Of a DNA stretch of 39,566 nucleotides, positions 7,883-17,372 are shown piece after piece (position 1 is the first letter of the stretch; each line of letters opens with the position of its first letter). The translations under genes were made by a program, and so were the position numbers. The notes beneath the pieces were generated by a model. It worked only from the letters and a program-made list of their open reading frames with translations. It was not told where the DNA came from and made no database searches. This stretch comes from Clostridia bacterium. Lineage in GTDB: Bacteria; Bacillota; Clostridia; UBA1212; UBA1255. The stretch is taken from NCBI GenBank assembly GCA_017622825.1, contig JAGAQK010000040.1, forward strand, positions 1-39,566, read 5' to 3'.

Positions 7883-8542
7883 ATGGCAATTGATCTAAGT
7901 AAAATAAAAGGAATTATTTTTGATATGGACGGCGTTTTGGTGGATTCTGAGCCTGTTATGGCGAAAGCTTCTGTGCTCGGCATGGCAGATTACGGTGTGC
8001 AGGCAAAGCCGGAGGATTTCGTTCCGTTTTTCGGCACAAACGACGAGACGTATTTCGGCTCAGTAGTAAGAATGCACGGAGGTACGTACACGCCTGAAAT
8101 TGCAGAGCGAATTTACGACATTTACTGCAAAATCGCTCCTACGGAGATTTTCACTTTCCCAAATGTGCCTGAGACACTTCAAAATTTGCACATGAAAGGT
8201 TACAAAACAGCAATAGCCTCAAGCTCAATAAGAAGAAAACTGGACGTCAATATCACGTCTGCAAAAATCAACTTAGAAAGCCTTGATGCCGTCGTTTGCG
8301 GCTCTGACGTAGTAAATAAAAAACCGGATCCCGAAATTTTCCTTAAAGCAGCGGCAAAGCTTGGGCTCGCGCCCGAAGAATGCCTCGTTGCCGAAGACGC
8401 TATAAGCGGCGTTAAAGCCGCCAAAGCAGCAAAAATGTGCTGTTTTGGCATTACAACGGCATTCGAAGCAGATTATCTTAAAGAAATAGGCGCGGATTTT
8501 GCGGGAGCAAACATCATTGAGATTCTCGAATTGCTATCATAA
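7883..8542 (+). CDS. HAD-superfamily hydrolase, subfamily IA (beta-phosphoglucomutase or sugar-phosphatase-like)
   Basis: HAD motif I (FDMDGVLVDSEP), motif II (ASSS), and motifs III/IV (K..PDPEIF and VAEDAISGVKAAKAA). Confidence 0.8.
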   Translation: MAIDLSKIKGIIFDMDGVLVDSEPVMAKASVLGMADYGVQAKPEDFVPFFGTNDETYFGSVVRMHGGTYTPEIAERIYDIYCKIAPTEIFTFPNVPETLQNLHMKGYKTAIASSSIRRKLDVNITSAKINLESLDAVVCGSDVVNKKPDPEIFLKAAAKLGLAPEECLVAEDAISGVKAAKAAKMCCFGITTAFEADYLKEIGADFAGANIIEILELLS

Positions 8543-9209
8543 CGTCACTGCAGCCCAGGAGAGCGGCCGTTTTGGCCTCGGCTCTTTTAACAGCCGCCCT
8601 ATCTACCATTTTTTGGATATCGGTGCCGGCATCGTTTGAGCTCAGTTGTTCAAGTGCCGCTATACGCGCGCAGCGCTGATTCAAGGAGCGGCGCACAGAA
8701 TTTATATTGTCATTGTAGTCATTTCCGTAGCGATAGTTTGTTACGGAAATTTTTTCTCTCATAGCTACTATCTCACTTTGCGTTTTGATTGCATCAAGTT
8801 CTCGCAGTCGCCCATTCATTTCAGACTCAAAGCACTTAAAATTATCGCGAACGCGCAGGGCTTCATCAACAGCAGCCTTATGAAGGCGTTTTTTCTCATC
8901 AAGTTCATTTTCAAGCTGTTCTTCAGCGACAAAAAGCTCTGTCAAAAGCCTTTTGTCGCGTTCTTGCGCTGCAATGTTTATTTTAGCTCTGACATCATTC
9001 AGTTTAACCTCCGCCTCCTTCATATCGAGCCGCATTGTCTCAGCCCACGTTTGTATTTCAACAAGCTGCTTTTGTGCTTCCTTTCTGCTTTTTTGGATTT
9101 TCTGTTCTGCCTCTTTTATTAAAAGTTGCGGATTTTTTGCTTCTATTTTATCAGTCGTTGTTCCCACAATGCCACCAAGCAGCGACTTTATTTTGCTAAA
9201 AATTCCCAT
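8514..9209 (-). CDS. pspA: PspA/IM30 family membrane-stress protein
   Basis: The N-terminus MGIFSKIKSLLGG...KNPQLLIKEAEQKI is followed by coiled coil throughout. AGGAGA lies 10 nt before the ATG at 9209. The 3' end overlaps the convergent HAD gene by 29 nt. Confidence 0.8.
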   Translation of the reverse strand: MGIFSKIKSLLGGIVGTTTDKIEAKNPQLLIKEAEQKIQKSRKEAQKQLVEIQTWAETMRLDMKEAEVKLNDVRAKINIAAQERDKRLLTELFVAEEQLENELDEKKRLHKAAVDEALRVRDNFKCFESEMNGRLRELDAIKTQSEIVAMREKISVTNYRYGNDYNDNINSVRRSLNQRCARIAALEQLSSNDAGTDIQKMVDRAAVKRAEAKTAALLGCSDVMIAIRESQ

Positions 9210-9333
9210 ATTTACCAAATCTCCTGCCGATATAAAACGATTAATATATTTTTATTGCTGACTATAGTAAAATATGTCTTATTGTGATAAAATACGAGCA
9301 AATAATACTTTTATCGAAAGGAAATGATATTAA

Positions 9334-9828
9334 ATGAAAAAATTCTTTAGCGATTTTAAAGCCTTTATTGCAAAAGGAAACGTTATCGACATGGCAATCG
9401 GTGTTGTAGTCGGCGGTGCTTTCAAAGATATCGTTAACGCTTTGGTTAGCAATATTATAACACCTTTGATAGGACTTCTTTTGGGCGGTTCAAACCTCTC
9501 TGACTACAAATACGTACTTCAAGAAGAAGTTGTAGAGCTTGTAGACGGAGTAGAGACTGTTGTAACACCTGAGAATGCAATTTTATGGGGTGCTTTTCTC
9601 CAAACAATAATAGACTTCTTGATAATAGCACTCACACTTTTCGTTATGATCAAAGTTGCAATGGGTGTACATAACAAAACCGAAGCGGCAAAGCAGCGCC
9701 TCAAAAAGCAAAAAGAAGAAGAGGTTGCAGCAGCAGAAGAAGCTCCCGCAGAGCCTGAAATAAGCTCAACAGACAAGCTTCTCATAGAAATCCGCGATCT
9801 TTTAAAGAAAGAAGATAAAGCTGAATGA
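9334..9828 (+). CDS. mscL: Large-conductance mechanosensitive channel MscL
   Basis: The signature FKAFIAKGNVIDMAIGVVVGGAFKDIV..ITPLIG is present. It has two TM segments, a longer than usual loop and an acidic C-terminal tail. Confidence 0.9.
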   Translation: MKKFFSDFKAFIAKGNVIDMAIGVVVGGAFKDIVNALVSNIITPLIGLLLGGSNLSDYKYVLQEEVVELVDGVETVVTPENAILWGAFLQTIIDFLIIALTLFVMIKVAMGVHNKTEAAKQRLKKQKEEEVAAAEEAPAEPEISSTDKLLIEIRDLLKKEDKAE

Positions 9829-9841
9829 TTTATAAAACAAA

Positions 9842-11173
9842 TCAAAAATAATTCTTAACGAATTCAACAAGGGCTTCCTTTTCATTGGGAAGCCTTTTTT
9901 CTGTAACTTCCTCAAGCAAAGCTTCAAGCACTTCCCCGACTTTCGGTCCTGCTTTTACACCACACGATATAACGTCACTGCCCGAAATATCCAAATCCGA
10001 CAATTTCAGACATAAATCGTCCTTTTTTTTAAGCTTCTCGTATAGCTTCTCTATCTTACCCAAATCAACAAATCTTCCATAAACCATATCGGGATTCTGC
10101 GCACTGTTATCAGCCTTTTCAACTTCAATAGAACGGATAGTATCTTCCCCCATTCTTCTCATAAGCCTCAAAACAGCCGTCTCCTCAACAGGAATTCTAT
10201 CATCATGATGCAAAATAAGCCTGCAAACGCGCTCACGAGTTTTGTTATCGGCCCTCAATCTGCGCAAAATCTCTCCCGCAAGCTCACAGCTCACTTTTTG
10301 ATGTCCTCTAAAATGTCTAAAACCCTCTGCATCCTCAACGCACACATGAGGCTTTCCCACATCATGAAAAAGCACTGCAAGCCTCACAATTAAATCTTTC
10401 GGGGAATTTTTCAAAGCAACCATCGTATGCTTAAAAACATCATACACATGCCATTTCGATTTTTGCTCAAATCCCACCATCATCATTAGTTCAGGAATAA
10501 AAACGCCAAAAACATCTACGTATTTTTCCAGAATATCTGCTGCACTGTCAGTCACAAGTATATTGCAAAGCTCACTGTAAATCCTCTCTGCTGAAATTTT
10601 TTTTAAAAGCTCTCTGCACTCATTTACTGCAGTGGAGGTTCTTTCTTCAATTGAAAAGCCAAGCCGTCCCGCAAATCTCAGAGCTCGCAAAATTCTCAAA
10701 GCATCTTCTTCAAAACGCTTTACAGGCTCGCCAACACAACGAATGACGCGTTTTCCAATATCTTCTTGCCCACCAAAATAGTCTACAATTCCCATTTTAG
10801 GATGATACGCCATTGCATTCACCGTAAAATCACGTCTTGCCAAATCCTCCCTCAAAGAACTTACGAAACGCACGCTCTCAGGGTGTCTGCCGTCCACGTA
10901 CTCCCCGTCAACACGAAACGTAGTCACTTCATATGGTCTTTTATCGCATATTATTGAAATCGTCCCGTGTTTCAAACCCGTTTCGACAATTCTATACCCT
11001 TTTCGAGAAAAAACCTCTGCTGTTTCATCAGGTTTAGCGTTAGTTGTAATGTCAAAATCCCCGGGCTGAACACCCAAAAGCGCATCCCTTACACAGCCGC
11101 CCACATAATATGCCTCATATCCGCTTTCATTTAAAATATCTATAATCTCATCAGCATATTTATCTTTGATCAC
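9842..11173 (-). CDS. cca: CCA-adding tRNA nucleotidyltransferase with an HD domain
   Basis: The Pol-beta head motif is YYVGGCVRDALLG..GDFDITT. The HD motif is LFHDVGKP. The GTG start overlaps the yigZ stop as GTGA. Confidence 0.85.
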   Translation of the reverse strand: MIKDKYADEIIDILNESGYEAYYVGGCVRDALLGVQPGDFDITTNAKPDETAEVFSRKGYRIVETGLKHGTISIICDKRPYEVTTFRVDGEYVDGRHPESVRFVSSLREDLARRDFTVNAMAYHPKMGIVDYFGGQEDIGKRVIRCVGEPVKRFEEDALRILRALRFAGRLGFSIEERTSTAVNECRELLKKISAERIYSELCNILVTDSAADILEKYVDVFGVFIPELMMMVGFEQKSKWHVYDVFKHTMVALKNSPKDLIVRLAVLFHDVGKPHVCVEDAEGFRHFRGHQKVSCELAGEILRRLRADNKTRERVCRLILHHDDRIPVEETAVLRLMRRMGEDTIRSIEVEKADNSAQNPDMVYGRFVDLGKIEKLYEKLKKKDDLCLKLSDLDISGSDVISCGVKAGPKVGEVLEALLEEVTEKRLPNEKEALVEFVKNYF

Positions 11174-11829
11174 ACAGTATACCTACCCTTTTTCTCATCA
11201 ATAACGATTTCAGCCTTACCTTGTGTGCACTCCTGCAAGATTTGGCAAATTTTCCCTGTATTGCCAACTGCAATATGTAAAGTTATCAAAACGTCATCAG
11301 CAAACGTTTCTTCTACGATTCTAAACTCAGAAGCAACAATATCCTCATTAGTGCCCGAGTTAAGCAAGTATTTCACGCTGTTGTACAATTGGTAATCAAC
11401 ACTTACAAAGACCTCATCATAAAGCACTTTTTTTACTGTTTCACACGCTCCGATTCCTATTGCGGCAGCCTTTCGGTAAGCTCTTGTCAAGCCCGACGCT
11501 CCAAGCAGAATCCCACCAAAATATCTAACTACAACTACTACTGCATTTTCTATGTGTTGACTTTGTATTGCATTTAAACACGGAACGCCCGCTGTTCCCT
11601 GAGGCTCTCCATCATCACTGTATCTACTGATAACAACGCCATCTTCGGAGCACAAATTATATGCATAGACGTAATGTCTTGCTTTTTTATACTTATTTTT
11701 GACATCTTTTATAAAAGCCAACGCTTCTTCCTCTGTTGATACAGGGGCGGCGCAGCCAATAAATCTCGATTTCTTTTCCTCAAACTCCGCTTCTCCGCAG
11801 GACTTTAAAGTAACATAGATATCTTTCAT
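11170..11829 (-). CDS. yigZ: YigZ/IMPACT family protein (UPF0029)
   Basis: Family motifs KKSRFIG, ARHYVYAY and SDDGEPQGTAGVP are present. There is an ATGA overlap with the hflX stop. Confidence 0.8.
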   Translation of the reverse strand: MKDIYVTLKSCGEAEFEEKKSRFIGCAAPVSTEEEALAFIKDVKNKYKKARHYVYAYNLCSEDGVVISRYSDDGEPQGTAGVPCLNAIQSQHIENAVVVVVRYFGGILLGASGLTRAYRKAAAIGIGACETVKKVLYDEVFVSVDYQLYNSVKYLLNSGTNEDIVASEFRIVEETFADDVLITLHIAVGNTGKICQILQECTQGKAEIVIDEKKGRYTV

Positions 11830-13646
11830 AAGCTCTCCTGACTGATTTTGCCAAAATGTTCAGGCGGTATTTTACCCTTTGCATGAATACCGTTTTCTGT
11901 ATATTCTTCCGATTCAACCTTGCCGTACTTATGCAGATACGACAAAAGGCCTCCGTTACTATATGGTATCAGAACATCAAAAGTTTTGTCTGCTTTTATA
12001 AAATAGTTGATAATTTGCGTTCTCAAATCGTCAAGTCCTTCACCGGTGGCAGCAGATATTCTGAATACCTTCCCGTAGCCTTGTACAATACGAGGCGAAG
12101 GAAAAATATCGGCAGGTGCCTTATCGATTTTGTTCAAAACAAGATACCTCGGTCTGTTTTCAGCCCCTATTTCCTTCAAAATGCCCTCTACAGTATCAAT
12201 ACAACTCTCATAATCAACATTACTGCAATCTACGACGTGCAAAAGCAAATCGGCGTATACAGTCTCCTCAAGCGTCGATTTAAACGCTTCTACCAGATCA
12301 TGAGGCAGTTTTTTTATAAATCCAACAGTGTCAATAAGCAAAAAATCACGTTTTTCGGGTGTAACGAGACGCCTTACAGACGTATCAAGAGTGGCAAAAA
12401 GCTTATCTTCTGCCAATACGTCAGACTGACACAGTGCGTTTACAAGCGTAGACTTACCTGCATTCGTATATCCCACCACAGCAACTGTCGGAATATCTTT
12501 CTTTTGCCTTTCCTTACGCAAAACACTACGTCGCTCTTTTACTTCACGAAGCTGTGCCTCCAAAAAATTAATTTTTCTTTTTATATGCCTGCGGTCAGTT
12601 TCAAGCTGCGTTTCGCCGGGGCCGCGCGTACCTATTCCGCCGCCAAGACGAGAAAGTGCCGTACCTTGCCCCATAAGACGCGGCAATCTGTACTTTTGCT
12701 GCGCTAACTCCACCTGAAGTCTGCCCTCCCGCGACTTTGCACGAGCGGCAAAAATATCAAGAATAAGAGCAGTCCTGTCAATAACTCGCGTGCCTATAAT
12801 ATTTTCGAGATTTCTTATTTGTGATGCCGACAGCTCATCATCAAAAATAACAATATCAGCATTGAGCCCTTGCCGCCTTAACGCCAAATCTTCCGCCAAG
12901 CCACGACCTATATACGTCTTTGCCTCAGGCGTATCGCGCCTTTGTGTAAAAGAGCCCACAACAACAGCACCGGCGGATTCCGCAAGCTCCTGAAGCTCTG
13001 CCAGCGGATTTCCGATAACGTACGTGCCGTCAGGCACAACGCCCACAAGAATCGCCCTCTCCACATCGTCTCTATTTTTCTGCGCACTGCTCGAAAATTC
13101 GGATGCTTCTCGGTCTTTCTCTGCAATATCAATAAAAAGGCTGTCTAAAAAATGTTTTTTCCAATAAGCATACGGGCCGCAGAATTCAAAATCAACAAAC
13201 AGCCCCATTTCATTTCTCTTCAAAACAGAAGCCGAAACGCCTGTGGCGATTTCCTTCTCTGTGTTCACGCCGATTACAACCATTGCATCATATCTCATGG
13301 ATTTCAAAGACTGAATATCCACGTCAGAAGGCCGCACACTCCCATTCGGATGTGTGTGCAGACACCTCACTCCGCACAAGCGCAAATTGCTACGTTTTCC
13401 TTCAAGCTCGGGCAACGGAACGCTCCTGTCATCACCTACTGCTACGGCAAGCACCCTGTTTTTTCTATCAAGAAAAACGGCAACCTCCTTTTTGGTATCT
13501 ATCGTAATTTCTTTCATCATTTCGGAAATCTCTGTTGGCACAAAGCAACCGGGGTCATATATGTTGTCGATATACTCCTTCATACGCTCCAACAATGATG
13601 TTTTAATGCCTGCTGTATTACCGTAAATAATTTTATTTTCTGCCAT
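11826..13646 (-). CDS. hflX: GTPase HflX with an N-terminal extension of about 190 aa that carries a RadC/JAB-like JAMM motif
   Basis: The HflX core starts near residue 197 (ERAILVGVV). G-domain motifs are GYTNAGKST, DTVGF and NKID. The N-terminal extension contains EVAVFLDRKNRVLAV and HTHPNGSVRPSDVD. Confidence 0.9.
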   Translation of the reverse strand: MAENKIIYGNTAGIKTSLLERMKEYIDNIYDPGCFVPTEISEMMKEITIDTKKEVAVFLDRKNRVLAVAVGDDRSVPLPELEGKRSNLRLCGVRCLHTHPNGSVRPSDVDIQSLKSMRYDAMVVIGVNTEKEIATGVSASVLKRNEMGLFVDFEFCGPYAYWKKHFLDSLFIDIAEKDREASEFSSSAQKNRDDVERAILVGVVPDGTYVIGNPLAELQELAESAGAVVVGSFTQRRDTPEAKTYIGRGLAEDLALRRQGLNADIVIFDDELSASQIRNLENIIGTRVIDRTALILDIFAARAKSREGRLQVELAQQKYRLPRLMGQGTALSRLGGGIGTRGPGETQLETDRRHIKRKINFLEAQLREVKERRSVLRKERQKKDIPTVAVVGYTNAGKSTLVNALCQSDVLAEDKLFATLDTSVRRLVTPEKRDFLLIDTVGFIKKLPHDLVEAFKSTLEETVYADLLLHVVDCSNVDYESCIDTVEGILKEIGAENRPRYLVLNKIDKAPADIFPSPRIVQGYGKVFRISAATGEGLDDLRTQIINYFIKADKTFDVLIPYSNGGLLSYLHKYGKVESEEYTENGIHAKGKIPPEHFGKISQESL

Positions 13647-13660
13647 AATTCTCCTGTTTC

Positions 13661-14338
13661 TTAAAACAATCTTTTTACAGACCTGGAAATATTTATAACG
13701 TTATCCTCATTAAAAATATCACCATGCTTTTCAATAAGCTCGTCTGCCACACTTTCTGTAACAGCATGGTAAGCAATCGGAATCCCTTTGAATTTTGCCA
13801 TTTCTTCCAGAAGTGGCAAGCCGGCCAGTACAGTATCTACAGTTGTCTCATCAAGAAGATTTGTATTTCCGATAATTGCTCCGCATTTAATGCATGAAGC
13901 CGCCTCAATTTCGTCAAAAATTTTCGTAGCCGACTCCATATCCTTAGTGAAAGGTCTATTGGGATTCATAACAAAAAACTGCACGTAATCCCTTGACTTA
14001 ATATCATCGCTGTATCTGCCAACCGCTTTCGCACCCAGGTCGTCGCCTCCAACGTCGAGAATAACGTCCCATTGCGTATCACGAATAAGCGCCGCCATAT
14101 TTCCCGTAAGTGCCGGAATATCAACGTTTGTATTTGCGAAAAGCGGCACTTCAACACGAATACCTGCATTTTCAAGTAACTCCACCGCGTCTGCGGAACG
14201 AAAAAAAGGATTAACTATATCCAAATCAATCAGCGCGACTTTATCACTTTTTTCTTTTAACTTCAAAGCAAAATTAACTGCAGTCTCCGTCTTGCCACTA
14301 CCGTAATGACCCGTAAAAACATAGACACGTTTACACAT
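13661..14338 (-). CDS. SIMIBI-class P-loop NTPase (MinD/ParA/CooC/GPN-like), function unknown
   Basis: Walker A GHYGSGKTE, then ALIDLDIVNPFF and ILDVGGDD. AAGGTG lies 6 nt before the ATG at 14338. The alternative start is the GTG at 14347, which overlaps the upstream stop. Confidence 0.6.
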   Translation of the reverse strand: MCKRVYVFTGHYGSGKTETAVNFALKLKEKSDKVALIDLDIVNPFFRSADAVELLENAGIRVEVPLFANTNVDIPALTGNMAALIRDTQWDVILDVGGDDLGAKAVGRYSDDIKSRDYVQFFVMNPNRPFTKDMESATKIFDEIEAASCIKCGAIIGNTNLLDETTVDTVLAGLPLLEEMAKFKGIPIAYHAVTESVADELIEKHGDIFNEDNVINISRSVKRLF

Positions 14339-14343
14339 TTCAA

Positions 14344-15399
14344 TCACCTTTTAAAAACAAATCTTTTTTGCAAAGTATAGCTCAAGCAGAAAAGCGGTAA
14401 ATCCACAATAAGCTTACAAATAATCTTCGGCATACCAAGATAGCCGTTTATAAGCTGACCTCCCAACGAGCCAAGCGCCAAAATTAAAGTCCACACGCAC
14501 AAATACTTCAAAAAGCTCTTGCCTGAAGACTTACCGAATACCACCTTTGCATTAAATGCATAATTAAACAACCCGCTTATTACTCTTGCAAGAGCATACG
14601 CCACCGCATATTTCCATCCTAAAACAGTAGAAAATACCACAAAAAGCAAATAATCAAGTACAAACGATAACATAGAAGACAGCGCAAATTTCAATATCTG
14701 AGATATAACAAGAAATGAATCCCTGAAAGGATGAAAATGCGAACCTGCATTATTATCATAATAGATAGTTTTTATACCCACTTCTTTATATTGCACTCGC
14801 CATGTTTTAATCTGCAAAAGCATATTCATCTCATACTCATACCTGTCGCCTTTAACCTTTAGCATCTCCTCAAACAGTGACTCAGGCACAGCCCTCAAGC
14901 CCGTCTGCGTATCATGTATGGACAAACCTGTTGCAATTTTAAACACAAGCCTCGTGAAACCATTTCCAAGTTTTGACTTTAAAGGCACTTTCTCGCCGTC
15001 ATCACGAAATCTCCCGCCGATTATGAATGCAGGGCCCTTCTCGTCTGACATAGACTCCTCCGCCGCCTCAACAACGGCAGTAATTGCATTAATGTCGTGC
15101 TGTCCGTCACAGTCGGCCGTCACTACATAATTATAACCGGCACCCTTTGAATTAAGCCTTATTACCTCCTCAAAGCCTGTCCTCAAAGCTTGTCCCTTAC
15201 CGCGATTCACCTCGTGATGAACCACAACACAGCCCTTTTCCTCTGCCGCTTCAAAAAACTTGTCGCAAGCCTCTCCGCTGCCATCGTCCACCGCCACTAC
15301 AGGAATGTTTTTTTCTGTCAGAAGCGACACAAAATTCACGAATTTTTCATCCGGCTTGTATGCCGGTATAACTACTACATATTTTACCTTATTATTCAA
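14344..15399 (-). CDS. Bifunctional family 2 glycosyltransferase with a GtrA-like membrane domain
   Basis: The GT-A N-terminus reads VVIPAYKPDEKF..AVDDGS..DCDGQH. The C-terminal ~130 aa has four hydrophobic segments ending in QKRFVFK, as in the GtrA family. The TTG start at 15399 is 9 nt after GGAGG and overlaps the truB stop. Confidence 0.8.
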   Translation of the reverse strand: MNNKVKYVVVIPAYKPDEKFVNFVSLLTEKNIPVVAVDDGSGEACDKFFEAAEEKGCVVVHHEVNRGKGQALRTGFEEVIRLNSKGAGYNYVVTADCDGQHDINAITAVVEAAEESMSDEKGPAFIIGGRFRDDGEKVPLKSKLGNGFTRLVFKIATGLSIHDTQTGLRAVPESLFEEMLKVKGDRYEYEMNMLLQIKTWRVQYKEVGIKTIYYDNNAGSHFHPFRDSFLVISQILKFALSSMLSFVLDYLLFVVFSTVLGWKYAVAYALARVISGLFNYAFNAKVVFGKSSGKSFLKYLCVWTLILALGSLGGQLINGYLGMPKIICKLIVDLPLFCLSYTLQKRFVFKR

Positions 15400-16348
15400 A
15401 ATCCATTACCTCCCCGCAGTCAAAAAATTTATCATTTTTTAGCTTACACTTACCATTTTCGTCATACGAAACGCTTGCTGTTGCCAGAAAAACGCGTTTC
15501 GCAGTATACACTCTCAAAACCTCTCCGTCTACAACGTTACCGCCTACTCGGCTTTCTATATCCGCAATTGAAAACTTTACACCGGTACGGTATTTCTGCT
15601 CCTCTTTTGCATCCAAAACTATCTTTTTATGCTCTTTCAATATAAAATCTGCCGTGTAATACGGTAAATCTACAGTCGCGAGCGCCCCAATACTGTCCGG
15701 TTTTATACCTTTTTCGGCTTTAAGGAATCCGTACTCTGTGCGTTCTAATGCCGACATACAGCCCATCACTCCGAGCGCATCGCCCAAATCCCTGAAAATC
15801 GACCGTATATAAGTGCCCCTTGAGCATTTAATATCAATAATTGCCTTCGGATACCGGCACTCATCTTTCACGAAAGACTTAAGCTCAATATCATAAACAG
15901 TAACCTTGCGGCTTCTCATTTCAAACTGCTTTCCTTGTCTTGCAAGCTTGTACGCAGGCACACCACCTATTTTTACAGCCGCATAATCAGGCGGTATCTG
16001 TTCAATTTCTCCTTTAAAAGATTTCAGTGCTTTTATTACACTTTCCTCATTCAAACTCACAAGACGCTCATCATTAACGTCAAGTGAATCTATCTTTTCT
16101 CCCCAAATATCGCACGTATCGCTCTTAAATCCAAACGTTACTTCTCCTACGTAACGCTTCGGCATATTCAAAAACTCATCCACACACTTTGTGCCCTTTC
16201 CCACACAAACGGGAAGAACACCGGATGCCTCAGGATCTAACGTTCCTGCGTGTCCTGCTTTTTTTTCACCCAAAGCCCGCCTGACTTTTGACACACACGC
16301 GAACGATGTCATGCCTGCCGGCTTGTAAACGTTAATCACACCATCCAT
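15392..16348 (-). CDS. truB: tRNA pseudouridine(55) synthase TruB
   Basis: Motifs GVINVYKPAGMTS and HAGTLDPEASGVLPV (catalytic Asp), in the conserved position after rbfA and nrnA. Confidence 0.92.
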   Translation of the reverse strand: MDGVINVYKPAGMTSFACVSKVRRALGEKKAGHAGTLDPEASGVLPVCVGKGTKCVDEFLNMPKRYVGEVTFGFKSDTCDIWGEKIDSLDVNDERLVSLNEESVIKALKSFKGEIEQIPPDYAAVKIGGVPAYKLARQGKQFEMRSRKVTVYDIELKSFVKDECRYPKAIIDIKCSRGTYIRSIFRDLGDALGVMGCMSALERTEYGFLKAEKGIKPDSIGALATVDLPYYTADFILKEHKKIVLDAKEEQKYRTGVKFSIADIESRVGGNVVDGEVLRVYTAKRVFLATASVSYDENGKCKLKNDKFFDCGEVMDFE

Positions 16349-17357
16349 TTTTCACTTCACCAATTAATTTTTCCTTAAATTCGTCAAAAGGCATACCACT
16401 TTCCGGCAAATAAGTCAATCCGGATGCTCTTATATGCCCTCCGCCGCCAAACGCATTGGCAACGGCGTTAACGTCACAATGTTCATCAGATCTCAGGCTC
16501 AATCTCCACTGTCCGCTGAGTTTTCCCGGTTTTACGAGAATTCCGACACTCACGCCTTTTATACTTCTTAAAAACGGTGCAAGCCCGCTCAAAGCATCAT
16601 CATCGGCTCCCGTTTTTTCCATTTCTTCTCTTGTTATTTGCAAATATGCGATTTTTCCTTCCTCGAAATACTCCACTTTGCCGTACGCCATTGCTTTCAG
16701 TGCAATTTCTTCTTTTGTTTGATTCTCATATATTGCTGAATATATCCACGCCATACTGCCGGCGACGCGAATTGTTTCCGCCGCAATAGAGTGCGTGTCG
16801 GGCGTTACGTTTGAATATGCAAAGCTTCCCGTGTCAGTGAGAATGCCTGTATATACGCTTTTGGCAATTTCAGTAATATATGGTATTTTTTCCCAGTTTT
16901 CGTAATTTTTTACATATTCCCATATTCCCTCTGCCGTTGCTGCCCACTGCGAGTTACACACAGTAACATTTGCAAACGTGTCATTCGAAATATGATGGTC
17001 TATTCTTACCGTTACAGGCGCTTTAAAAAACAGCTCCTGTCTTGCGCCCAAGCGTTTTGAATCACTCACGTCCACCGCGATTGCAGCATCGCCGCAAGGA
17101 ATTTCCGTATCAGCCGCGTTATTTTCATCATATACGTAAAAATTAATATTCTCCGGCAATTCTGCTTCATAAATGTGAGCCAGATTCTCCGGGGGCTTTT
17201 CTTCGCATATGATATTTATTTTTTTGCCAAAATTCGACAAAAAATATGCAAGAGCGAAAGCTGAGCCCACACAATCACCGTCAGAATGTATATGTGTAAA
17301 AACGTTTATAACACTTGCTCCGGTTATTGCTTCACTTATCTGCTTCCAATCTTGCAT
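16332..17357 (-). CDS. nrnA: DHH/DHHA1 phosphoesterase (NrnA-like oligoribonuclease / pAp phosphatase)
   Basis: Motifs HSDGDCVGS, DHH (RIDHHISN) and GGGH (FGGGGHIRASG). AAGGTG lies 6 nt before the ATG at 17357. Confidence 0.8.
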   Translation of the reverse strand: MQDWKQISEAITGASVINVFTHIHSDGDCVGSAFALAYFLSNFGKKINIICEEKPPENLAHIYEAELPENINFYVYDENNAADTEIPCGDAAIAVDVSDSKRLGARQELFFKAPVTVRIDHHISNDTFANVTVCNSQWAATAEGIWEYVKNYENWEKIPYITEIAKSVYTGILTDTGSFAYSNVTPDTHSIAAETIRVAGSMAWIYSAIYENQTKEEIALKAMAYGKVEYFEEGKIAYLQITREEMEKTGADDDALSGLAPFLRSIKGVSVGILVKPGKLSGQWRLSLRSDEHCDVNAVANAFGGGGHIRASGLTYLPESGMPFDEFKEKLIGEVKNGWCD

Positions 17358-17372
17358 ATAAATCACCTTTTC

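Noticed and set aside
11856-12707. 283-aa + strand ORF inside hflX. Similar antisense ORFs lie at 8646-9122, 13152-13598, 15190-15645, 19843-20454, 21055-21660, 21760-22209 and 30973-31578.
   Set aside because: These are shadow ORFs opposite well-supported conserved genes. Their products are Cys/Phe/Leu/Arg-rich with low complexity, and no RBS is present.
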